From the IMG/VR virus record IMGVR_UViG_2563366855_000007, positions 1-14,521 of that record: a DNA stretch of 14,521 bases; one strand, 5' to 3'. The position numbers were made by a program, and so were the translations under genes. The notes beneath the pieces were generated by a model. It saw only the letters and a program-made list of their open reading frames with translations. It ran no database searches and was not told the DNA's origin. Position 1 is the first letter of the stretch. Each line of letters opens with the position of its first letter. Shown here piece after piece: positions 1 through 6,880 of the stretch. Origin of the DNA: a virus (lineage: Duplodnaviria > Heunggongvirae > Uroviricota > Caudoviricetes).

Positions 1-411
1 TCAGTTCCTATCCTTCCAGTTGCCTTCCTGCAGCCCCCCCTCCCTGCTGTATACCCCGGTACCACAACGCGGGCAGCACTTTTCTCCTTCATAATCTTCG
101 TCACACATCACACAAAACCACTTTCTCACCTTCACCGTATAATCCGGAACCGTCATACCCTGCAGATGCAAACGACGGGCCTCTTTCTCTGCCGGGTCAA
201 GCCAGGTGCATCGCAGCAGGATTTTCTCAGCGACAGTCATCTGGTCATGTTCAAACCACGGTGGTTGTCCGTCATTGCCCCGCTGAAGTGTTAACGGGCA
301 TCCACAGGACACACAGCACAAAACGTCCTGGCGGTTGTGCTTCGCTGCTTCTTTCGCCGTAACAAAATGGCCTTTGCTGTCATTCGCCATATAACAGTTC
401 AGAATTCGCAT
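1..411 (-). CDS. Zinc-ribbon protein, paralog A (about 136 aa), function unknown
   Basis: ATG at 409-411 preceded by AGGAGG Shine-Dalgarno; TGA stop at 1-3. Several CxxC pairs and a PWFEH motif shared with the neighbouring ORF 399..800. The longer track ORF (to 498) has no RBS. Confidence 0.55.
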   Translation of the reverse strand: MRILNCYMANDSKGHFVTAKEAAKHNRQDVLCCVSCGCPLTLQRGNDGQPPWFEHDQMTVAEKILLRCTWLDPAEKEARRLHLQGMTVPDYTVKVRKWFCVMCDEDYEGEKCCPRCGTGVYSREGGLQEGNWKDRN

Positions 412-800
412 ATTTCCTCCTGAGTTGTCCGGGGAATACTGAATCCTCCGGTCTGGCAGTGTGTGCAGTACCGCTCCCCATAATAATCGTGGTGACATTG
501 TCTGCAGTGCCAGCTGGCTTTACGCACCACGGGTAAGGCATCCGGTACGAATTGCTGCAGACGTTTAATCAACTGTATTTCTCTGCGCTCCGGCCTGACA
601 TAAGGGCACTGTTGACCGTGCTCTGTCAGCCTGTCGTCAGTGTGTTCAAACCAGGGAAGTTCAGTGTCGTATTGCGGATGGTATCTGAGTGCACTGCCAC
701 ACAAGTGGCAGGTGTAGTGAGCATAAGGTGCGGCCTGTACAGTACGGGCGCCCGTCAGACGTCCGTTGCTATCAAGAGCGAGAAAGGATTTTGCGTACAT
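399..800 (-). CDS. Zinc-ribbon protein, paralog B (133 aa), function unknown
   Basis: ATG at 798-800 with AAGGAA-like SD; stop at 399-401 overlaps the start of paralog A by 13 nt (coupled). Shares PWFEH and the W-x-C-x2-C ... Y-x-G-E ... C-x2-C-x-T-G layout with paralog A. Confidence 0.55.
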   Translation of the reverse strand: MYAKSFLALDSNGRLTGARTVQAAPYAHYTCHLCGSALRYHPQYDTELPWFEHTDDRLTEHGQQCPYVRPERREIQLIKRLQQFVPDALPVVRKASWHCRQCHHDYYGERYCTHCQTGGFSIPRTTQEEICEF

Positions 801-965
801 AGTATATGTTCCTTACCGTCAGACGACACGCAGGCAACAGCCGTCCCGGTACGGGCAGCGTGGTCAGGTGTGAATGGCGGTTTCAGTTCAGTCTCATAAG
901 GGAAAATCAGTGTGGTGGCCATGAACACGTCATCACACTGAAGTCAGATAACTCGTCTGTCTGGC

Positions 966-1535
966 TCAGCCACGACTGCAGCCAAAGTTGCGCTCATCGG
1001 TGCAGTGAGCTTTGGTATGCTCCTTCGCCAGATAGTCAGCACGTTCCAGCACTTGCTGAAAGCCGGTGTCATCATTACGCGCCAGCCACACCGCCGGCCA
1101 GGCCGGAAAATGCACCAGCGTGGCATGGCATCCGGCATCCACCCCCAGGGCACTGCACCAGGCCTGTTCAATCATTCCGGCCAGTGATCCCGGAGCGCGG
1201 TAATCACCGGCACGACACCAGGTATCCCGGTTGACCAGCAGCATCAGATGATAGTGTTTTTTACCTTTGCACTCCCCAAACTCCCGGGCCCAGACGTAAT
1301 GCAGAGTGGTGGGATGCACGCGTTTACCTTCCCGATGCTTACGTTTCTGGTAAGCGTCGATTCGGGCTTTCAGGGCATTGATGAAGCGGGATATCACAGC
1401 TGCGTCCGTTGCTGCCGGTACATCCGGGAAACGCAGGTCAACCCGCAATGCCGTCAGGCGGGGATGAACATTCAGTGCGTGCCGCACTGTCTCACGAATA
1501 CGTTGCTGCCAGAAGGGGTTGTATTTGTAGGTCAT
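966..1535 (-). CDS. YfjJ/YagK-like (inovirus Gp2 family) protein
   Basis: ATG at 1533-1535 with GGAGAT SD 6 nt upstream (the track start at 1571 is a GTG without RBS). N-terminal YKYNPFWQQRI and RVDLRFP motifs recalled from the YagK/YfjJ family of E. coli cryptic prophage islands. Confidence 0.65.
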   Translation of the reverse strand: MTYKYNPFWQQRIRETVRHALNVHPRLTALRVDLRFPDVPAATDAAVISRFINALKARIDAYQKRKHREGKRVHPTTLHYVWAREFGECKGKKHYHLMLLVNRDTWCRAGDYRAPGSLAGMIEQAWCSALGVDAGCHATLVHFPAWPAVWLARNDDTGFQQVLERADYLAKEHTKAHCTDERNFGCSRG

Positions 1536-1667
1536 GGTTAAATCTCCGTATGGTTCATACGGAATAGCCACGTCGTAAAAAATGCGCAGAGTCCCTGAAG
1601 TGACCTCCGGCAGGGCACTGTCTCAGGCACTCTGTGATAACCCGAACGGTCGTCTCCGGACTGACGG

Positions 1668-1696
1668 TTGAATTTTCAGCGTTGTTTTTTTAATGT
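1668..1696 (+). promoter_or_regulatory. Sigma70-like promoter for the small zinc-ribbon gene
   Basis: TTGAAT (1668-1673), 17-nt spacer, TAATGT (1691-1696); about 40 nt upstream of ATG 1735. Confidence 0.4.
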
Positions 1697-1734
1697 AAAA
1701 AACCGGTTACGGGTAAGGCTGTGAGGAGGGAGTG

Positions 1735-1935
1735 ATGGTGATACGCAAAAAGAAGTGCAGGGACTGTGGAAACGCGATTACTCATAATACAGTGTGTTGC
1801 CCGTATTGTGGTTCTGTCGACCCCTTCGGCTATTACCGGAATACAGACCGTATCGTTACCATACTGCTGGCACTGATTATTGTGGTCCTGCTGACTACTG
1901 TCAGCGTCAGTGTGTATATACTGTGTAGCTGGTGA
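1735..1935 (+). CDS. Small zinc-ribbon membrane protein (66 aa)
   Basis: ATG 1735 with GAGGAGGG SD at 1723-1730. N-terminal C-x2-C ... C-x2-C zinc ribbon (CRDCGN...CPYCGS) followed by one hydrophobic helix (IVTILLALIIVVLLTTVSVSVYIL). Confidence 0.55.
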   Translation: MVIRKKKCRDCGNAITHNTVCCPYCGSVDPFGYYRNTDRIVTILLALIIVVLLTTVSVSVYILCSW

Positions 1936-2265
1936 GATAACGGTTCATGTATCCCCTGAGCTGACAGTGTACCGGGTATATTAAGCGTAACCGACAGGTT
2001 CTCCTTCATACCATATTAAATTTTTCCAGGTATTGCCGCTGCCTTATTTCGTCCCATACAGGAAAACTCGTCTGGGTTTCTGACAAATACGCGAAACTCA
2101 CAGCCCCTCAATATCAACCACACGCCGTAAGCCGGTAATACCTGATCAGACATGAGATAAATGAAGGGGGATCCGTGAGATAAATAACGAATTGGAGTGG
2201 GTTAACATGGGTTCTGGTGAACAGAACTGAAATTCTTTTCCGCTATACGATAGATAAGTCGGGCA

Positions 2266-2295
2266 TTGAAATCATCCTTCCTGGCAACTTAGAAT
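2266..2295 (+). promoter_or_regulatory. Sigma70-like promoter upstream of the 53-aa ORF
   Basis: TTGAAA (2266-2271), 18-nt spacer, TAGAAT (2290-2295). Confidence 0.35.
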
Positions 2296-2338
2296 CGAGT
2301 TTGCTGAAACATGACCCGCAACAAAAAGGATGATTCCA

Positions 2339-2500
2339 ATGACTACTCAAAACAATAAGCATGATAGCCTGGATTACTCAGAAAAGCCCAAAAGCAAGCA
2401 CATCGTGACGTTCGAGCGCGATTCCGGTAGAAAAGGAGAATCGTCTTCCTCTGCCAATAAAACCACTATGCCGGCAGCCCCTGCCCCAGGGAAAAAATAA
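2339..2500 (+). CDS. Hypothetical small hydrophilic protein (53 aa; below the ORF-track size cutoff)
   Basis: ATG 2339 with AAGGA 8 nt upstream, TAA at 2498-2500, candidate promoter upstream. Product MTTQNNKHDSLDYSEKPKSKHIVTFERDSGRKGESSSSANKTTMPAAPAPGKK is low-complexity; an in-frame alternative ATG lies at 2330. Confidence 0.25.
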   Translation: MTTQNNKHDSLDYSEKPKSKHIVTFERDSGRKGESSSSANKTTMPAAPAPGKK

Positions 2501-2503
2501 ACA

Positions 2504-3136
2504 TCATTCATCGTTCGTTGCACGAACGCGCCTGATCTCCACTCTGGCAATCTGATCTGCTGGAATATAGGTTGCCAGAGCTCCCCAGTACTTATCAACC
2601 ACGCCTTTATACTCTTCCCATTCGTTACTGCCTGAAGGGCTGCTGTGCGTGACGTAAAGAACCATATCGCCTTTATTCCCCTGGGTAAACGGACCGTTAG
2701 GCCACTCTTCAAAGTTCCCTGGCAGCCGTGACATCATACCGGAACCATCGCGAAGAATCACTCTGACCTCGGTAACGCTGAAGCCTGTTTGATCAAACAT
2801 TGCCTGCCATGCTGAGCTGGTATCGTCAGACCATGAAATATCATTATTCCACAGTAATCTGTACATCCATTTGCGACCGTACCTGCGCCACCACGCACCG
2901 CATGTAACGGCACACAGAAGTGCTGGTGGTGTTGCCAGCCAGGCATTCAGACCTGCCCACATAACAGCCTGGTAAGCCATCATTGCTGTCAGGCCAAAAA
3001 TCAGCGAAGAAAAAGTCACCTCAATGGGCTTGTGGTGATCCTTCAGTCCCACATTCGCAATAAAATACCCAATATAGCCACTGGTCAGGGTCACCAGTGT
3101 TGCCCATGGCAGATTTAACAACGAAACGTCAAACAT
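2504..3136 (-). CDS. Membrane protein: three predicted N-terminal TM helices plus about 125-aa soluble C-terminal domain; function unknown
   Basis: ATG at 3134-3136 with GGGAGA SD (alternative ATG at 3151 has poor spacing; track start 3214 is TTG). Hydrophobic segments LPWATLVTLTSGYIGYFIANV, VTFSSLIFGLTAMMAYQAVMWA, WLATPPALLCAVTCGAWW. Confidence 0.6.
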   Translation of the reverse strand: MFDVSLLNLPWATLVTLTSGYIGYFIANVGLKDHHKPIEVTFSSLIFGLTAMMAYQAVMWAGLNAWLATPPALLCAVTCGAWWRRYGRKWMYRLLWNNDISWSDDTSSAWQAMFDQTGFSVTEVRVILRDGSGMMSRLPGNFEEWPNGPFTQGNKGDMVLYVTHSSPSGSNEWEEYKGVVDKYWGALATYIPADQIARVEIRRVRATNDE

Positions 3137-3173
3137 ATTTTCTCCCTGCATCCTGAATACTAAAGAGAGAGCA

Positions 3174-3209
3174 TAAAAAAAGCACGGTAAGGGGTCTACC
3201 GTGCTTTTA
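3174..3209 (-). terminator. Rho-independent terminator ending the Mor operon (possibly bidirectional)
   Basis: Perfect 10-bp stem (3180-3189 / 3197-3206) with 7-nt loop. On the minus strand it is followed by a run of six U; on the plus strand by a shorter T-run (tttt). Confidence 0.7.
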
Positions 3210-3250
3210 TACAATAAGGAGATTTTTGAAAGGACTTTAACAAGCAGGAA

Positions 3251-3649
3251 TTATCTGGATTTGTTAACGTCTTTCGTCTCCTCTGGCAGATCTTCATCAA
3301 ACAACCTGCCCTGCATCCGATCCAGTTCTTCTTTTCTGACCCGCTTAACCACGCTGTAGACCCACTGAAGCGAAACACCAAACTTGCGGGCCAGTTCGTG
3401 GTGGTTGCGTCCGTTAAACTCCCTGAAGATTTCCCGGTCGCGCTGACTGACCTTCCATACCATGCCCATCGGGAAATAAACGTTTTGCCCGCCCCAGACC
3501 TGCATCATTCGGTTCGCGACGGCCTGACCAATCTGGTCGGCAATTGCGGGCTCAATATCAATAATCTCGCGAACGGTCTCAGAGGTATGCTGTGCCAGCT
3601 CCACCAGGAGTTCCGGCCCTTTACTTCGAAACTGATTCAGGTCGCTCAT
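3251..3649 (-). CDS. mor: Mor-family transcriptional activator (Mu middle operon regulator homolog)
   Basis: ATG 3647-3649 with GGGAG SD. Motifs GGQNVYFP ... RDREIFREFNGRN ... LARKFGVSLQWVYSVVKR match the Mor/C family pattern recalled from Mu Mor. Confidence 0.85.
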   Translation of the reverse strand: MSDLNQFRSKGPELLVELAQHTSETVREIIDIEPAIADQIGQAVANRMMQVWGGQNVYFPMGMVWKVSQRDREIFREFNGRNHHELARKFGVSLQWVYSVVKRVRKEELDRMQGRLFDEDLPEETKDVNKSR

Positions 3650-4073
3650 GTTTGACTCCCGCAGCTCTGCGCTGCCACTTCTTCAGTTTCTCAATAACAC
3701 TGCTTGCCTGTTCAGTACTGAGCCAGCGCAGGGCGCTGATGCCCGTTTCCCGCTTGATCCACCGCGCTAATGCATTTTCTGAACGGTCACGAACAATGCC
3801 GGCAGCAGCCATTTCAAGCCATAGCGCACGGATTTTCCTGGACTGCGGATGGTTATCCAGCGGTAAACCGGAGCTGGCTTTTCCGGCAGGCTTAACGCGA
3901 AAGCCTTTCCTTTTCATGGATTCCAGCACGCAGTTTAGTTGTGTGGTATCCATTCCTTTGGTTGAGGCTTTACCGGTCAGCCCCTGTAACATCTGGCGGT
4001 AGGTGTCTTCATCCATACCCAGTTCATTACGGGCAATATGAATGAGCTGGATAAGACGTTGTTTAGTCATCAT
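3621..4073 (-). CDS. gemA: GemA-like protein (Mu gp16 family)
   Basis: ATG 4071-4073 with AAGGAG SD; 3' end overlaps the mor start by 29 nt. N-terminal RLIQLIHIARNELGMDEDTYRQMLQGLTGKAS resembles the gp16/GemA family. Confidence 0.78.
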   Translation of the reverse strand: MMTKQRLIQLIHIARNELGMDEDTYRQMLQGLTGKASTKGMDTTQLNCVLESMKRKGFRVKPAGKASSGLPLDNHPQSRKIRALWLEMAAAGIVRDRSENALARWIKRETGISALRWLSTEQASSVIEKLKKWQRRAAGVKHERPESVSK

Positions 4074-4278
4074 CGTTGCTCCTTTTACCTGCGCCACCGA
4101 TATAATCGACATATAAAGGAAGCGCCACAGGCCAGCACAGGAACATCACCGACCAGCTAATCCAGTAGCCGGCACCACTGTAACGTGAATAAAACCCTGA
4201 ACGGCGGTGCAGTTCAGCAGTACACCAACCGACAAAACAATACCAGAACAGGGCACATACAACAGATTCAGCCGTCAT
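4063..4278 (-). CDS. Small two-TM membrane protein (71 aa)
   Basis: ATG 4276-4278 with G-rich SD; overlaps the upstream ORF stop by 11 nt and the gemA start by 11 nt (coupled). The hydrophobic sequence MTAESVVCALFWYCFVGW ... WISWSVMFLCWPVALPLYV supports the two-TM call. Confidence 0.45.
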   Translation of the reverse strand: MTAESVVCALFWYCFVGWCTAELHRRSGFYSRYSGAGYWISWSVMFLCWPVALPLYVDYIGGAGKRSNDDD

Positions 4279-4498
4279 TCTGAATATCCCCCCAACTGAT
4301 ATGAATATTACGGGCAGCAATGACAGGGTCGTTATTCCACCATGCACCTGACATGTATTTTTCAACCTGTTCGCGTCCGGCAATAACACCAATTGTGATC
4401 CCCGGCCTGACGTTCTTAAAAAAGGCGCGGGCAAAAAGGTATCTGGCAGATATTCGGCAGGCTTTTAATTTCCGGCTGTTACCTGATAGCGTAATCAT
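4268..4498 (-). CDS. Hypothetical protein (76 aa)
   Basis: ATG 4496-4498 with GGAGG SD; ATGA stop/start overlap with the upstream gene. Confidence 0.45.
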   Translation of the reverse strand: MITLSGNSRKLKACRISARYLFARAFFKNVRPGITIGVIAGREQVEKYMSGAWWNNDPVIAARNIHISWGDIQNDG

Positions 4499-5178
4499 CT
4501 GGCCTCCAGTTTCTGTTGTTCCTGCCCACTGACCGGGCGGTGCAGTCTGACGTTCTGCCCTTCAAGAAACCCCGCATAGCGCGAGGCGTCGCCATTGCGG
4601 CTTCTTCCCGGTTTACGCGCCCTGGTGGTTTGCGTCTGCGGGTATTTATGTTCCAGCCACTGCTGCATCAGTTCACGTTCGTCATCGGTCAGGGCGAAGG
4701 ACTGTATTTCACTGATAACGGCCAGCACCCAGCCTTCAGCAAACTGGTCACCACGGCTGGTACGGGTGGCAGTTTTTATTCTTTTGTTCTGTGCGCTGAT
4801 ATATTGCTGACGCGCCTTTTTCAGCTGGCGGGCCAGCACTTCCCAGGTGTACGCAGCCAGTGCAGCCCGTTCCCGGTTGCCGTAGAACCCCACACCCGGA
4901 TATGTGCCGGGGTGAATGATGGAGTTAACACCAAATGCCTCGCGGATGATGTTCATCAGGCCCAGCATGTAGCGCGGTGGACGGAGGCTGCCTGTCGGCC
5001 AGTAGTGACTGATGGTTTCATCAATATCACTCATGGCGATGTCGGAATGTGTGATGCCGTGAACATCCATCAGTTTACGGGCACGGCGCAGTGCCAGAGC
5101 GGCCTCGTGAGGGTTGCCGGATGCGGCCAGCGCCAGCAACTTTTTCAGTTTCTCAATGTGTTTATCCTGGTCTGTCAT
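4495..5178 (-). CDS. DUF2786-like protein (227 aa)
   Basis: ATG 5176-5178 with GGAGAT SD; ATGA overlap with the upstream gene. N-terminal KLKKLLALAASGNPHEAALALRRARKLM resembles the DUF2786 signature (from memory). Confidence 0.6.
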   Translation of the reverse strand: MTDQDKHIEKLKKLLALAASGNPHEAALALRRARKLMDVHGITHSDIAMSDIDETISHYWPTGSLRPPRYMLGLMNIIREAFGVNSIIHPGTYPGVGFYGNRERAALAAYTWEVLARQLKKARQQYISAQNKRIKTATRTSRGDQFAEGWVLAVISEIQSFALTDDERELMQQWLEHKYPQTQTTRARKPGRSRNGDASRYAGFLEGQNVRLHRPVSGQEQQKLEAR

Positions 5179-5480
5179 TGTTCAGTATCTCCGGTGTACA
5201 TGACGCCCAGCCGTGCGGCAAGGCGTTCCAGTTTTTTCTGTTTGTGGAAGTCAATCAGCCGGTCCATTCCCTGAAGGCGCAGTTGCTCTGTCATGATTTC
5301 CACGTCTGCCAGCTCTGCCGCGAGGTCACTTTCGCTGCCCTGTCCGTTCAGATTGCGGGCAGCACTGGCCGCCAGTTCAGCGGCCTCTTCTGTCAGTTTC
5401 AGGGCCTGTGCGTCCGGCCCGAAACGCTGCAGGGCCAGACGGTAGAGGGCGGTGCGGGTGAGTATGGTGTTCCGTGTCAT
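5175..5480 (-). CDS. MazG-like nucleotide pyrophosphohydrolase family protein (101 aa)
   Basis: ATG 5478-5480. EEAAELA ... AAELADVEIM acidic helix pair is typical of the all-alpha MazG-like NTP-PPase fold. Confidence 0.55.
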   Translation of the reverse strand: MTRNTILTRTALYRLALQRFGPDAQALKLTEEAAELAASAARNLNGQGSESDLAAELADVEIMTEQLRLQGMDRLIDFHKQKKLERLAARLGVMYTGDTEQ

Positions 5481-5489
5481 GCCGCGCCC

Positions 5490-5762
5490 TCAGTGCTTCC
5501 GGCTGACGGTGATGTGCAGGCCGCCTTCTGCAGTGGTTTCCATCCGGTACGGCACCTCATGCTCTGCCGTGTGGGTGAGTGTGTTCACCAGTACCTGCAG
5601 GGCAGCCGCCTTTCCGTTGGTCGCCACAATGGCCTGAGCGGTCATGCTGATTAGCGCCGTCAGGACGTGCTTCACATCGGTGAGGTCGCGGCATTCACAC
5701 TCGTTGACATAGTGTTCAACAAGGGTTCGGGTGCGCTGTCGTGCTTCCTGTGGGGTAATCAT
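5490..5762 (-). CDS. Hypothetical protein (90 aa)
   Basis: ATG 5760-5762 with GGGAGGA SD; ATGA overlap with the upstream zinc-ribbon ORF. Confidence 0.5.
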   Translation of the reverse strand: MITPQEARQRTRTLVEHYVNECECRDLTDVKHVLTALISMTAQAIVATNGKAAALQVLVNTLTHTAEHEVPYRMETTAEGGLHITVSRKH

Positions 5763-5953
5763 TGCGAGTCCTCCCTGTCAGGGCGGGAGAATTCCATGAC
5801 GGGCACGTCTGCCGAAAAATGCTGGCTGCAGTACGGGCAGACCAGGGTGACGCGTACCGCAGGGATGTGGTATTTACCGGACATCACGGCGATGGCGCTG
5901 TGAAAACGCAGGGCTGTTATATCCCTCTCGCACTGAATACATTTAAATATCAT
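5759..5953 (-). CDS. Small zinc-ribbon protein (64 aa)
   Basis: ATG 5951-5953 with GAGGAGA SD 8 nt upstream. C-x2-C (CIQC) ... C-x2-C (CPYC) arrangement. Confidence 0.5.
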   Translation of the reverse strand: MIFKCIQCERDITALRFHSAIAVMSGKYHIPAVRVTLVCPYCSQHFSADVPVMEFSRPDREDSQ

Positions 5954-6050
5954 GATTTAATTCTCCTCTGTTTCCGGCGTGCAGAAGCCCGCGGCGCTGA
6001 CGTCGGAATAAAAAAGAAAATGTTTTTATTAAATAATTAACGTGGTGTGT

Positions 6051-6581
6051 TTACTGCACATCCTGCTCAAAAGGAATTATTGAAAAATCCTCAATGTCGC
6101 TTTTAATGGAAATACCGGGAATATTTTTCACGGCCTCTTTTTCATTCAGGATAGCGTCTTTATTTATTTCCTCTTTTACACGAATAAAGCGCTCAAGCCC
6201 CAGACGTCTCAGTAATTCAATAACATTATCCGCCCCACGGATACTGACTGATGGCGGACGGTTTCGCCACTGCACCTCGCCGGTGGTGAGGTTAGCGAAC
6301 TTCACCTTCCCGTTGCCGGTCAGTTCATCACGGTGTGCCTCACACCATGTCTGAATACCGGACTGCAGTTCGGCCATGCGTTTTTTCAGGCTCTCGGTGA
6401 GCGGGGCATAACGTGCGGTGATATCGCCAATGGCGTCATTCATTTCTGTTTCAGCCCTGACCAGTTCACGTTGTGCGTCACCGAGTAGTCTGATTCCCTC
6501 AATGACCTCTTCACGTGTCCCCGGCACCCAGAGTGCTGCTGCGGCCTTGATACGTTTTGCACCTTTTGTACTTTTTGCCAT
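6051..6581 (-). CDS. gam: Gam (Mu-type host-nuclease inhibitor, DNA-end binding) homolog
   Basis: ATG 6579-6581 with GGAGAAA SD. MAK..KRIK.AAA..VP ... ETEMNDAI ... WCEA.RDELT..GKVK.ANL.TG.V.WR.RPPSVSIRG ... GL.RF.R.K.EINK.AIL ... SIIPFEQ matches Mu Gam as recalled, near full length. Confidence 0.9.
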   Translation of the reverse strand: MAKSTKGAKRIKAAAALWVPGTREEVIEGIRLLGDAQRELVRAETEMNDAIGDITARYAPLTESLKKRMAELQSGIQTWCEAHRDELTGNGKVKFANLTTGEVQWRNRPPSVSIRGADNVIELLRRLGLERFIRVKEEINKDAILNEKEAVKNIPGISIKSDIEDFSIIPFEQDVQ

Positions 6582-6608
6582 TTTTTATGATTTCTCCAGT
6601 TGTGCTGA

Positions 6609-6878
6609 TTACCACAAAGATTCCGGCCACACGACGCGACAGCCGTGCAGTTCGAAAACGCCCTGACGGAAATATCCCCTGTGGTCATGTCCGGTATACA
6701 GATAACAGGCCTTTCCCTGCTCAAGCATGCGCATGCAATGCGCACTCCGGGAAACGCGGATGACAGGTTTGTTACCCCTGATGGTGATGCTTTGTACATC
6801 CGTGTTCGTCGCCTTAAGCGCCATAATGGCTGACTGCACTTTGCTGATTTGCTGGTTGATACCTGTGGTGGATTTCAT
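6609..6878 (-). CDS. Hypothetical protein (89 aa) in the position occupied by kil in Mu
   Basis: ATG 6876-6878 with AAAGGGG SD, 3 nt downstream of the B-like stop. No recognisable motif; the kil analogy is positional only. Confidence 0.45.
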   Translation of the reverse strand: MKSTTGINQQISKVQSAIMALKATNTDVQSITIRGNKPVIRVSRSAHCMRMLEQGKACYLYTGHDHRGYFRQGVFELHGCRVVWPESLW

Positions 6879-6880
6879 TA

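Noticed and set aside
806-1234. Plus-strand ORF 806..1234 and minus ORF 944..1171 overlapping the YfjJ-like gene
   Set aside because: Proline/arginine-rich translations, no RBS, and fully overlapped by the motif-bearing YfjJ-like frame.
2081-2100. TGACAAATACGCGAAACTCA, loosely resembling the CGAAA-containing MuA end-binding sites of phage Mu
   Set aside because: Only a short partial resemblance and no matching inverted copy found by eye on the other flank. It is insufficient to call an element end; a computed inverted-repeat search is needed.
2374-2712. Minus-strand 112-aa ORF overlapping the 3' end of the membrane protein gene
   Set aside because: Different frame over the same DNA as the better-supported membrane protein and the 53-aa plus-strand ORF; no RBS.
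4516-5274. Long plus-strand ORFs antisense to the early operon (4516..5274, 5091..5654, 7004..7756, 8178..8663, 9363..9878, 10124..10516, 12251..12607 and similar)
   Set aside because: Each lies entirely inside a better-supported minus-strand gene with an RBS and recognisable motifs. They lack Shine-Dalgarno sequences and look like shadow ORFs.
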